Assembly: GCA_964106645.2 (NCBI GenBank)
Contig: OZ067051.1
Reading direction: 5' to 3' (one strand)
Length of the DNA stretch: 64,000 nt
DNA from: Podarcis pityusensis
Taxonomy: Eukaryota
Made by a program: the position numbers and the translations under genes. Of this stretch, positions 12,101-25,577 are shown piece after piece. Numbering within the stretch: the first letter of the stretch is position 1; each line of letters begins with the position of its first letter. The notes under the pieces were generated by a model. It ran no database searches, was not told the DNA's origin, and saw only the letters and a program-made list of their open reading frames with translations.

Positions 12101-15100
12101 ACGCAGAAAGTTCATGCAATCATATGCTTTAAACTGAAAGATTTGGGTTTGCAAATAATTGTGGCAGTCTTTCATAGATAGGTCTGGGACAAAAGTAGCC
12201 AATGAGGTGCCTTCCAAAATTTGCTTGACTCCAACACCCATCAGCCCATGAGCGGTGGTTAGGGGATGATGGGAATTGGAGTCCAGCCCCATCAGTTAGG
12301 CACCATGTTGACTTGTCCTAGTCTGGGACACAGGAGATAGTAAAGAAGTGCAGGAGGCTCTGAATAAGGCATAGAATGTGTCAGCCCAACAGAAAAGCCA
12401 CAGGATGTTTCACAGGCAATAAATGTGTTTACTTCAACCAGGAAACACATCACATGTTGAGAGCCACTGCGGTGTCCTCTGTTTCTTGGATGAAAGGTGG
12501 GATACAAACAAACAAAACATCCCAGAAAGCTAGTTCACATGCCACACTAAACCATAGGCTTGCACAATTTGAACAACCATGATAAAGCCGCATGGCACAC
12601 TTCCTCTCTTCCTTCAAGGAGTTCCAAAGCTTTTGCTTCTGTATTTGATTAACCACAGCTTGCTATGCTTTACAGACCAGAAACAGTGGTCAATTTTAAC
12701 TATGGTTAGTTTAAACAAGCCAGCTTCAGTAACTATGGTTTAAAGTTTGCTTGATTGAAACTATCTAGTTCGTGTCAGTCACAGTTTGCTGGTCTGGACA
12801 ATGCAGTTAAGCAAAAGTGGAAACAAATGCTTCCAAATTGTTTCTCCTGGTCAAATGAGAGGAGGGGAGGGGAAGGGGAAGTCTGAAGGCCCATGGCTCA
12901 CTGTGGCTCATTCTTACTTGCTCTTGTCATGCTAACTATGGTTTAATGTGTCATGTGAACAATGCTATGGACTTCATACCATCTTATCCCTTATCCCTTA
13001 CTTTCAATACAGTCTCGGATGTAGGTGGGAGCCTTGGTCTTCTTCAGTTCTTTGTCCTCCGACATGTCGTACGGAACGAGGTCATCATCGCTGAAAAAGA
13101 AACAAATTTAAATTCTTCCTCAAATGAGCTTCAATTCACGCACACAGTGTGAAGATCCCACATTATATCTACCTTCTTGCTTGGAAACAACATTTTCCCA
13201 CATACCTATCAAGCTCAGAGTCATCCCCCTGGTCCAGTCCTGCAGAAGCACTTGGCTGTGGTTTCACACTGGGTTTCAGAATAGTGCTTGTTGTCATGGC
13301 TGGTCTGCTGTTCCTGCAGCACCAAAAAAAAAGTTCCTACCAACTGAGGGAAAAGTCTTGCTTATGCTGATAATAGGAAAGAGGTGCAACAGCAAGTGAA
13401 AACATAACTATTATACAAACATGCTGCAAATTAGCCTGGGTTCTAAAAACGTCAGAAGTTATGTCCTGAAACTCTACAAAGAAATAAGAAAACTGTTACG
13501 TAGACTAAAAGATCCCATTTGCACAGAATGCCACATCATGTTTTAGTGAGCTTCTCAGCTCATGTGATCTTTCCTTCCCCCACCCACCGCCCTCCTCTGG
13601 CAAGCCATGGTGAGAGGTCTGGGAACACCTGCTTCCTATTTTAAATCAAACACAGTTTATGATTACATTTGAAAGGGAGAAACTGTGGTTAGCTTAAACC
13701 ATGCTTTGTTGAAACAAGGTTAGATCAAACCAGTTTATAATCCTGGCTTATTCAACAAAGTGTATTTTAGCACCACACAAATTAATGCAGATTAGTTTTG
13801 ACTATGGTTTAGCTTAATGTGTTAAATAGGCCAAAGTCTCCAGCGGAGAAAACAATGACAAAAAGCAGCTAGTGCTAGTTGAATCTGAAGCAGTCTAAAG
13901 GTAACTTACCCAATGCTCTGGGAATCACTGTCAGGAATCTGCTCTGGCCTCTGAATCAGCAAGGTCTTTAAATCTCTGATCTCATCATCTTCTTCATACT
14001 AACACATTGAGAACAAAGCAAAACATTAAGATAGAATAAGGGAACTAGTACACAGGTTGGCTCTTGCATAAAGGCAAGTGGCAGCTGTAATTTGATTTAC
14101 TAAGTCCATTCTTGGGATGGCGCTTGTTGTTTCACCTCAGAAAATGGTTGAAACAGGTTGACCCACAAGGTTTGTAACAAGAGACAGGTGCCTGCTTAAA
14201 AGCAAGGCCAGACTCGACTAAATGTTGGTTGGATTCAGACATAACAGGAAACCACAGTTTCCTGCTAAATGAATGAACAAGCCTCACACTTGCATACTTT
14301 CCCTCCCGGCCTCTTGTACAGCCACAAGGAGACATAAGGTTTTGCTTCCATTTTTGAAACAATCCACAGTTGCCCATTACAACCAGATTTGAAAGACCAT
14401 GGTTTGTTTCAACTGTGGTTTCAGGGAAATCTGAAGCCATGGTCTTGCAAACCAGTCCCCCACGTTTGGACCTAACAAGGAGATGTTGCCTTTCTAAAAG
14501 CAGAAGCAAAAGTTTGCACTCTCCTCCTGAGAGGCAAAGGCTCCTACAGACTTGTTCACATGGTGGGATCCTGATTTCCCATTATATTTAAACAGAACCA
14601 TTCTCTCTGTCACACACACAAACATATACACACAACAATTTTAAATGGCAGAAGCTGGGACACAATAACAAAGGTATATTCCACTAGCATATTTAAAGGA
14701 TTTTTTCCCTGCCACAACCGAACACTGCAGAAAGTTCACTTGGCTGTCTCACCTGAAATATCAGAGCAGGGCCTTCAGACATTACCCTGGCACTGACGCA
14801 CTCGGCCACAACCATCCCCATATGGCGGATCTTTGGCAAGTTGCTGTCCAGGTGACACTTCATCCCTTCCATCATGACTGTGAGTAGCTCTGGAAGGGCA
14901 AGCAGAAGGTGACCAGGCAAATTCAGCAAAAAGCACAATAGCCAGCTTAGACACATTTAAAACCTGATAAGGAGGTGTTGTGCTTTCCACAATGGGGCAA
15001 ATATATATTTCGGCATCTTTTGAACCATCTGCTATGGCTTTCCAATGCAAGCAGAAGAAGACAGTGCTGACCTTTCCTTTTCTTCGGATACTTTGGCCTA

Positions 15101-18100
15101 CAACTACCATCAGCCCCAGCCAGCACACACATGCTAGGTGGGTCTGATGGGAGCTGTAGACCAAAAACATCTGGAGGTCTCAAGGTTAGGGAAGGCTGCT
15201 GCAGGTGGACTATCCCACCCTATGCTGGGCCACTTCTCAGCTGATCTCTATTGGCAAGACATCCTACTGATCTCACCACATCTCAATAAACTGCAGTTTT
15301 ATGACATTCACACCAAGATAATAGGTTCTATCCAATGGTGGTCCTGTGCAGAATAGTCCCACTGAAGAGAATGAATCTTAGGCTTATTCATTTCAATAAG
15401 TATACTGTGAGTAAGACTGGTACCGGATACAACCAATTGCCGTGGCCACCCTGTGAGCATCTCCCAGGAAGTCACCCAGATTCCACCATGAAGATTTTGA
15501 GGTCCAGAGGCCCAAGATGCCAGCTTGGTCCTTTTCTCTCTCCCTTACCTTGTCTGTCGCTCTGTATTTCTGCTTCTTTCAGATGAGAGAGGCAGATCAG
15601 AATGGCCTTGCTGATGTACAGCTGCTGCTCCGCTGGGGAGTGCTTCACAGCAGTGCTGCTTCCCCAGGTCTCCAGCAGCTCTTTCAAAACCTGCGTTAGA
15701 AACCTGAGTGTTGGGTTCAACGTGTCATTCTGCCCCTGTCCCCACAAGCCTCCTTTTGGGGCCTCTTAGCATAATAACCCAGCAGTGACCGACTCCCTTT
15801 GTCCACCAGAGGAGGCACCTTCACATTAAGTGCCAATGAACCCAATTCCACTTTGTATGAGGGAGTCTTCTGCTGGAGCCAGACCTATGCCTCTTAAAGG
15901 CTTGGTTAAGATCTCTCATCATCCCCTTTTTATCCAGAAGCAAAATTTGGGGGTGTAAAGACTCCCCAATTACCAGCAGCGTCAAGGAGAAGTAAGATGT
16001 ACAGAACCTCTTAGTCAAGGCAGTAACTCTTAATGTCTCAGGATCATCTGCCCTGTGCTTTACTAAGAAAGCTTTGCCCTGCATATCTGGGCTGAATTGC
16101 CATCTGAGGCCTCCTCTCAAGGGTTGGGCTCCAGGGAGACAGTCCCACCAGTGTGTGCAGAGCTTGCTCCTTGGACTCAGGATGTCTTGGGAGAAAGGGG
16201 TGTGTGTGTGTGTGTGTGTGTGTGTGTCTTTCTTTGCAACAGTCCCAGCTACAACCCCCCTGCCCTCCAGATGGAGCAGCCAAAACACAACATTCTCATC
16301 AATCTGCTGGAAGGAACACATGGGTGCATCTGCAATCCCACCAACTTCTTCAGTCGGTTAGTGACTATCGCCTCCTCTTCCCACCCTAGCAAGCTAAACC
16401 AGAAGAGGTGAGGATCATAGAATCATAGAGTTGGAAGAGACCACAAGGGCCATCGAGTCCAACCCCCTGCCAAGCAGGAAACACCATCAGAGCACTCCTG
16501 ACATATGGTTGTCAAGCCTCTGCTTAAAGACCTCCAAAGGAGACTCCACCACACTCCTTGGCAGCAAATTCCACTGTCGAACAGCTCTTACTGTCAGGAA
16601 GTTCTTCCTAATGTTTAGGTGGAATCTTCTTTCTTGTAGTTTGGATCCATTGCTCCGTGTCCGCTTCTCTGGAGCAGCAGAAAACAACCTTTCTCCCTCC
16701 TCTATGTGACGTCCTTTTATATATTTGAACATGGCTATCATATCACCCCTTAACCTCCTCTTCTCCAGGTTAAACATGCCCAGCTCCCTTAGCCGTTCCT
16801 CATAAGGCATCGTTTCCAGGCCTTTGACCATTTTGGTTGCCCTCCTCTGGACATGTTCCAGTTTGTCAGTGTCCTTCTTGAACTGTGGTGCCCAGAACTG
16901 GACACGGTACTCCAGGTGAGGTCTGACCAGAGCAGAATACAGTGGCACTATTACTTCCCTTGATCTAGATGCTATACTCCTATTGATGCAGCCCAGAATT
17001 GCATTGGCTTTTTTAGCTGCCGCGTCACACTGTTGGCTCATGTCAAGTTTGTGGTCAACCAAGACTCCTAGATCCTTTTCACATGTACTGCTCTCAAGTC
17101 AGGTGTCACCCATCTTGTATTTGTGCCTCTCATTTTTTTGCCCAAGTGCAATACTTTACATTTCTCCCTGTTAAAATTCATCTTGTTTGTTTTGGCCCAG
17201 TTCTCTAATCTGTCAAGGTCGTTTTGAAGTGTGATCCTGTCCTCTGGGGTGTTAGCCACCCCTCCCAGTTTAGTGTCATCTGCAAATTTGATCAGGATGC
17301 CCTTGAGTCCATCATTCAAGTCGTTGATAAAGATGTTGAATAAGACCGGGCCCAAGACAGAACCCTGGGGCACCCCACTAGTCACTCTTCTCCAGGATGA
17401 AGAGGAACCATTGATGAGAACCCTTTGGGGTTCGGTCAGTCAGCCAGTTACAAATCCACTGAGTGGTAGCATAGTCAAGGCCGCATTTTACCAGCTTCTT
17501 TACAAGAATATCATGGGGCACCTTGTCAAATGCCTTGCTGAAATCAAGGTAAGCTACATCCACTGCGTCCCCTTCATGCTACATCCACTGCGTCCCCTTC
17601 ATCTACCAGGCTTGTAATTATGTCAAAAAACGAGATCAGGTTAGTCTGACATGACTTATTTTTCAGAAATCCATGCTGACTATTGGTGATCACAGCATTC
17701 CTTTCTAGGTGCTCACAGACTGTTTGCTTAATGATCTGCTCCAGAATCTTCCCTGGTATTGATGTCAGACTGACTGGGCGGTAATTATTTGGGTCCTCTC
17801 TTTTCCCCTTTTTGAAAATAGGGACAACATTTGCCCTCCTCCAGTCTGCCGGGACTTTGCCTGTTCTCCAGGAATTCTCAAAGATGACTGCCAGTGGTTC
17901 TGAGATCACATCTGCCAGTTCTTTTAATACTCTTGGATGCAGTTCATCTGGCCCTGGAGACTTGAATACATCTAAACTAGCCAGGTATTCTTGTACTATC
18001 TCCTTAGTTATTCTGGGCTGTGTTTCCTCTGCTGAATCATTTGCTCCAAATTCTTCAGGTCGAGCATTGTTTTCTTTATCGGAGAAGACTGAGGCAAAGA

Positions 18101-21100
18101 AGGCATTGAGGAGTTCAGCCCTTTCTGTGTCCCCTGTTTGCATTTCACCATCTTCTCCTCTGAGTGACCCCACTGTTTCTTTGGGATGGAGAACCCAACT
18201 TGGTTTCAGTGCAATGGTGCTCCATCAACATCCAATATTCCCCAGAACTCGCAAATCCTCTCTCGCACAGGATATTCAGCATCTTGTGACAAGTGGGAGA
18301 GGCAACCTTATGAAAAGATCTCATCCACTGACAGAGAAAGGCCACTCTGAAATGACCACCCATTTATCTCACTTTTAAACCTTTAGTTTGTTAGCACACG
18401 GAAAAGGAGTGAAACACAGGCTGGCAAGATGAGTGGCTCTGGGGTCACTCCTCTTTCACTGTAAGTTAGTTCTGATGTGTTTTTTTTACATTACACATAA
18501 GAGGGCTGGGAAGGTACTCCTATGAACTCTACCAAGTTGCATGTTATCTCTTTCTCTCTCACATATATAGAAATATATTTTGCTAACCATTACCCTGCTT
18601 ACCTTGATCAGTAAGAGACGCCGCATGTTGTCCAGGGCTAGATATCCAAGGAGGTTCTGGAGCACCATAGTCTGTATCATACAGAAAGCAAACAATGGAA
18701 ATCACAGCAGACCCTTTGAGAAAGAACAAACTCTCTCAATATCTTCCGGTAAGCTATGAACTATAAACCAAACCAGGTGACTTACTGTTCAGATCATTAT
18801 ATGGGAATATGAGCTTGACAATGAATGTTCATAGCGGACCAATTTGTTGTAATTGTAAAATTTACAAATATGCTCAGTGTACCATTACGATATGCATTGT
18901 GTTGATATTGTAAAAGAAAATTAGAAGAAAAGAAAAACAGTGCATGCAATTTAGAAGAAGAGTTTGGATTTGATATCCCGCCTTTCACTCCCTTTAAGGA
19001 GTCTCAAAGCGGCTAACATTCTCCTTTCCCTTCCTCCCCCACAACAAACACTCTGTGAGGTGAGTGGGGCTGAGAGACTTCAGAGAAGTGTGACTAGCCC
19101 AAGGTCACCCAGCAGCTGCATGTGGAGGAGCGGAGACTCAAACCCGGTTCCCCAGATTACAAGACTACCGCTCTTAACCACTGCACCACACAGGTTTATG
19201 GTCAGAAAGCAGGATGGCAGGGTTATTTCCTTAAACCAGGGTTAGCCAATGTGATGTCCTCCTGATGCTGCTGGCCTACATTTCCCCAAACCTGCCTCAG
19301 AAGGGGCACCCTGAAACTTCTACTTGCAAGTCCAAGAGCACAAGCACCGCAACATCACAACTTGTAAAAACACAGGTCTCCCATCTTAGACATAGCATAT
19401 AATGCCATCCCAACAAACATGCTTGCCTCCTGATTAATGACATCCAAGGACTCTCACCGGATAGCTGTACTGAAGCAGCAGCATCTTCTGGGTCATCACA
19501 AATTGAGCCTTCTTGCTTTTGACAACCAAATTCCCCAACAATCGTGACAGCACGGCAGGTCTAGCAATACAGACAAAACAACATTTCAACCATGAATGTC
19601 TTTCTTCTGAATCGGTGCTGTTTTAAAATCACAACTGGATCACAAGACTAGATGATTCACAAATAGAAGTCTGGAATGTATTGGCAAAGCAAGACATGCA
19701 ATATTCAGGTTCCCGTCCTATAAGGGCAAATAAAAGCAAGAGAGATGTCTCTCTGCTCAAATCTGATATGTCTGAAAGACCACCCTTGGCCTAACCAAAC
19801 TTTTAAGATTCTTTTCAGGTGTGGTATTGGGGTGCTCCCACTGAATAAAGAGAGATGGACAACCACCAGAGAGAAGGCCTTTTTGGTACTGGCACCTAGT
19901 AATGGAACTCCCCTTCCCAGGAAGGCTTGCCTGGTGTCATCCCTGTGGACTTTTCAGTGCCAGGTAGAGACCTCTCTTGTTACCCAGGCCACCTAAACAA
20001 CTTATATTGCCAGGTTCTCTCCAGTTTTTAAGTCTGTGTTTTACATCTTAGAGGTGCTGTGACCTGTGTTTTTCTTGTAGTTATTTATAGTTCATAGTTT
20101 AACCGTCTTATTTTCAGATTGTTTTAAAGAGTCATTTATTGTAAGTTGCCCAAAGGGCTGTGTTTTATGAGGAGGCATACATACATACATACAAATAAAT
20201 AAATAAAATAAATAAATAAGCCTTCCTCCTTTCCAAACTTCAACAGCTGAGCAGGCTGAAAGGAAATCTAATTTGTACAGTGGTACCTCGGGTTACATAT
20301 GCTTCAGGTTACATATGCTTCAGGTTACAGACTCCGCTAACCCAGAAATAGTGCTTCAGGTTAAGAACTTTGATTCAGGATGAGAACAGAAATTGTGCTC
20401 CGGTCGCGCGGCAGCAGCAGGAGGCCCCATTAACTAAAGTGGTGCTTCAGGTTAAGAGCAGTTTCAGGTTAAGTACAGACCTCCAGAACAAATTAAGTAC
20501 TTAACCCGAGGTACCACTGTGGTGCAGGGGGAACCATTTTCAACTGCTGCAAGGATACAAGGAGGCATGACATGTGCCCATCATTCCACACAAAGGTTTG
20601 GCTGCTTACCCTGCTGCTGCCTGAACAAAGCCACAGACCACAGGTTCCACCCAGCGATCTGGCACACTCTCCACCAGTCGCCAGCATATCCTCTGCCAGA
20701 TGCAGTCAGACTGGGTACGATCCGTCAGGTGGGACACCAACACGTTCAGGATTTCTTCTGCATTCCAAAAGAAGAAGAAAAGGAGCTGCTTTGAAATCAA
20801 AAATCCTTTTTACTTCCTTATTTATTTATTTTTTTGGCCAATAGTTAAGATAATTTGGGTGGTGGGAAGAGGGGGATCTTTCCTGCTGTTCTTTGAGACG
20901 GAGAGCTTTTAAAAACATTTTTATAAGAATGCCCTTCACACATCATATAATATTGTTCTTCGCCACTGTAAATCATGGCATTATATATTCCTTCCATGGC
21001 ATTGTTCTTTAAAAGTCTGCCTCCTAGTGGCTGAAAAAGGGATAACAGCTGCATTCTGTTAAGCAGTGCTCAGTCTTAAGTGTGCAACATGTCTGTTGAG

Positions 21101-22977
21101 ATCAAGTCATTTAAAGAGAGACATAGAATACGAAAGAAAAACTGGCTGTCAAACCAATACTCCCTGTTTAGCCAGCATCCAGTTCCTCTTCCAGGCCACC
21201 TGCCTGGCTGTCCGAGTCATTTATAACTTAGACAGTTTCTAAGAATTCATCATAGCAGAGGTGGCTAACCTCCAGTCTGGGGGAAGGAATCACATGAACC
21301 CAAGGTTCACTGCAGCTCATGCATGCCACAATAAACCATGGTTTAGCTTTACCAGGTAACTTGATTATGTATTCCAGCTGACTTTCCTTGTCTCTTCCTC
21401 ACGTGGTTTATTGTAATGTGGAAGAGCACCCAATGACTTTTCACAAGCCATGGGGTGGGGGTACAGGGAAAAGAGGGCAAGACAGCAGGAACAAAAAATC
21501 AAGTTATCTGGAAAAGCTAAAAGCTCTCTTGGAATTCTCTCCTTAGTGGCCCCAAATCATCATTTGTTGTTATTATTAACTAACATTATTATTAAGTTGC
21601 TTAATATTTCCAGGTTCCAGAGACTCCAGCCTCCTCATAAGACAATAATCTTCATAGAGTTGTAACTCGAGAGGCTAAATACTTTTTACGATACGGTGTA
21701 ATTTCTTACACTTCATTATGCACATACAGTTAAATCTTCAGAATGAGTGTGACTGTTTTTTGTGAAATGAGCTCCAGCGATATGCCAAGCTTGGGGACTC
21801 TGTGCATAAAGCAGTTGTAGGGCACAGGCTCTGTACTCATAAGGTCCCATGTCCAATCCCCGGCAACTTCAGTTCAGGTAACAGCGCTGCAGGAGGAAAA
21901 TCTGCCTGAGACTTTGGAGTGCTGCTGACTAGCCAGAGCTAGATCGACCAATGGTCTGACTCAGCATAAAGCTGCTTCAAATGTTCATATGAACCACACT
22001 ACCAACTGCAACACTCTAACCAGACTACATAGGAGTAATGAAGCATCATTACATCAAGTGATAATCAATTGCTGCAGTTTGATTCAACCAGTGACAGAGC
22101 AGAGAGAAAGCAACTTTGAAAGCAGACATGCTAAAAAGGAAGCTATGGCTTACTGCAAGCTTTAAAGAGCACTCACTTTGTCTTCCATGCATGCATACCT
22201 TCCCTAGCACCTGGGACACAAAGGAGATTGAGCAATCCAAGCCACCTGGAATACAAGAAAAGCCACATTAGTCGATGGATCTGTCAGATCACAGAACTGA
22301 GACTGAAGCTCCAGCTGCAAAGCTTCCACGAAGATGAACAGAGCACTGGCATATAAATGGAAGTCCTCAGGGGAAGTCAATAACCTGGAGCTATGTATAA
22401 AAAAAATAAAAAACTGTCCAGTAGCACCTTAGAGACCAACTAAGTTTGTTCTGGGTATAAGCTGTCGTGTGCATGCACACTTCTTCAGATAAAGCTTACA
22501 CCCAGAACAAACTGTTAGTGAGCTAAACATGAAGAATGAAAAGTGGGTCCATGCAAGTGAGGATGACAAAGTCCTTTCAGAAGAATAAAACTCACTACTC
22601 AATGAAAGCCTCATTATGAGGTTTGAGAGAAGCCAGCTCTGCACAAAATAGGTTGTCCTTCCTTTCAAGGCTAGGAAAACTAATCCATTTCTGTGAGATC
22701 ATGAATGACCGCAGACCCAGATGATTACACAGCAAACCACTAAGGCCCACCCCCTCCAGGGGTGCGGGGAACGTTCCCCAGCAAAAACTCCAGAGAGCCA
22801 CGGCTGGTCAGTGTACCCTGAGATAGATGCAAAGGACCATCTGCATCACTGGCACAATATAAATCAATAAACTACTGTATACCTGCAAAAGATTTTTTGA
22901 ATTCTCTAGGCCTAAGACTCACACTGACAACAATGGGATTTAAATGTGCTTTATTTTGGTTGGACTGCACACGCACG

Positions 22978-23014
<37 letters not shown>

Positions 23015-25542
23015 CCTTCTGCCTTTAATTATTCACATGCACCTAAAGATATACGGGTGTCAGATTATTATTTTAAGTAACAATGTAGTTTGATAGCTGT
23101 GATCACTGTGTTGGCACCAAGAAATACAAATATAGTTTATTGGACCAAGTTCAGTTTGTAAGTTTGGTCTTCACAGAGCTCTTCATCAAGCAGTATCTAG
23201 ACAAAAAATTATCCACAACAAAGAATTCTGAAAAAAACAAAAACCTCAAAAGTATTTGCATACTCCTACTATACCAATGTAGATTCATGGCATAAAGTTA
23301 TTGTTTTGTCTAGTGCTCAAATTACAGGCAGTCAAATGGGGAGAGGCTACCTCCACCCTAACTTTTGTGTTGGGTTCCTTTTGCTTCCATTTTAAAAGAC
23401 TAAGGGAGGACATGATTTGGTCCTCTACCTCTACTCAAAGGTCACTAGCTAGGATCTTTCCCCTGTTTCTGTAACTATGTACCTGGCTGAGGACAGCAAT
23501 CTGGTCTTCAGCTATGCATTGCTTGGTTTGGTTGAGACCAGCCATCCGGTTTCACCTGTGTTAACTGCTTTATTTGGAAGACAAGAGGCAAAGTCTGGCC
23601 CCTTTCTATTTTCTGACACCTCCTTAGCTATTGTTTGCAAAAGGTTATGGGGAAACCTGTCATTTGGCTAAACTTGGGAGGAAACAGGGGCAAGTCTTGC
23701 AGATTTCCTTAAGGGTCCCCTTCCCTTCCCTCCGCCCTCCCCTAATTTCAGAACTGGTTTTAAATACTTGTTATTCTTAGCCATGGCCTGTCAGTGCAGC
23801 AGCAGCAGCAGATCCTGTGAAATCTCACCTCGCAGTGAATCAGAGATCCTCTCCAGCACGTGGAGCATCTCCACACCAAGCAGCGGGAAGTAGTTTTGGG
23901 GGAAGAAGACAGGCCGGTTTTCTTCCTGGAGCTTGTTGCCTAGGTGATCAGGGAGACAGGCCACCTTATTGAGGATGGCCTCCTGTAGGACTGAAGGGCC
24001 AGCTTGTGTTTGTTGTTTGCAGACTTCCCACATCAGAGCAGACAGTCCAGCTCTCTGCAGGAACTGCTCCAGCACATCGACAACTTTATTCAGACGGAAA
24101 CTGGGCCTGCATGGAAAGGTATTTTTCTGCCTTTGTTTTCAATTCATAAGGAAAAAGCAACTCAACAGATAACATCATCACCTGCAATTCTGGTGGTTGT
24201 TTTTTAAACCACACTTTTCTATGATTCCTGGTTGTGGGCAAAGACTTGAAAACATATAAGCAATGCGTATTGAGGATTCACAGATGTCCATCAAGCTGTT
24301 CTAGAATCATAGAATTTTAGGGTGTTTCCAACATTAGTCATACTCAAAGCAGACCCATTTATATCAACTAAGGAACATCAATTTCTGTTAGCTACCACCT
24401 TTAGAACTGGAAGGAATTTTAAAGAACATCTAACACAACTACAGGAAAGAATTATAGCATTCTTGACCAAAGGCAGTTCAGTCTTCCTCTAACATATCCA
24501 CACCACAATTATTTCCACACACTTACCCCATAACTCTTGTATAACTCCTGCAACCACACATCTCCTTTCTTTGAACCTCAGGATGATATCCCTTACTAAG
24601 GGATTCAAAATTCTGTGAAGCCCAAAATATTGCACCTAAGAATGTGTGAATTAGGCAAAATAGTCAAGTCTACATTGTTTTCTAAAGGGGAATTTTTAAC
24701 TTTTTATGGTGTAGAAATTGTATTCTTGGTATAAAACTATGATCAATCATGATAGCAACGTTTGCAAAGTGAGAGGTAAAATAAAAGCATATTTGGGTTC
24801 TGTCCATGCAGTACTGTATATTGAAACATTTACCAGGTTCAGAAATAACACTAAACTACAGTTCAATATTAGGAAAATGAGTCTTGGGATCATGCACTTT
24901 CTCCTCTTCACTACTTCTTGGCATGTATGAGAAGATCAAAAGCCTTTGCTTTTGTTTTTTGAATTAACCACAATCACCTGTTATTTCTAAACATGTGAAC
25001 TATGGTTTGCACTAACAGCAGCTAGTTAAAAAACATTGTTTTGAGTCTTATTTGTTTTAAGTAACCAGTTAGACAAACCTCAGTTCCTAAGTTAGAACAT
25101 ACAGGGATCTGTGATTAGTTTTAAAGGGAAAGGAGAAGCTTTCAATCTTCTCATGAACGCTGAAGAGGAGGGCACATGAGACCAACATTTAGCCATGCTC
25201 ATTCTCATGGTGCAAAACCATGCTATAGAGTTATGCCTGAATGCAGCCAATGACTCAGTTCAGATGTTATGCCAAACCATGGCTGAATGATTAGGCACAC
25301 CCTCAGCCCCTTGGCATTGCCTTCCATTTATGGCTTGTGGCAAACTAGTTTGCCCTTACATCCAAACTCAGAAACTACAGTTTGTAATTGGCTTGAAACC
25401 TAAGATGGGCAAACAGACTCAAACTAGGAGGGAGAAGACACAGTGCATGAGCACAAAGCTTATTCCATGCCAACTCACACAGCACCAAATAATGGATTTT
25501 CGAATTACATCTGAACTGAGCCTACAAGTGGGATTTAAAACA

Positions 25543-25577
<35 letters not shown>

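Noticed and set aside
16487-18378. Reverse-transcriptase ORFs as a host gene or novel RT system
   Set aside because: Frameshifted fragments of an ordinary 5'-truncated CR1 LINE.
20278-20519. CRISPR-like short repeats (TTCAGGTTA)
   Set aside because: Irregularly spaced internal repeats of a MITE in a eukaryotic genome; no spacers and no cas genes.
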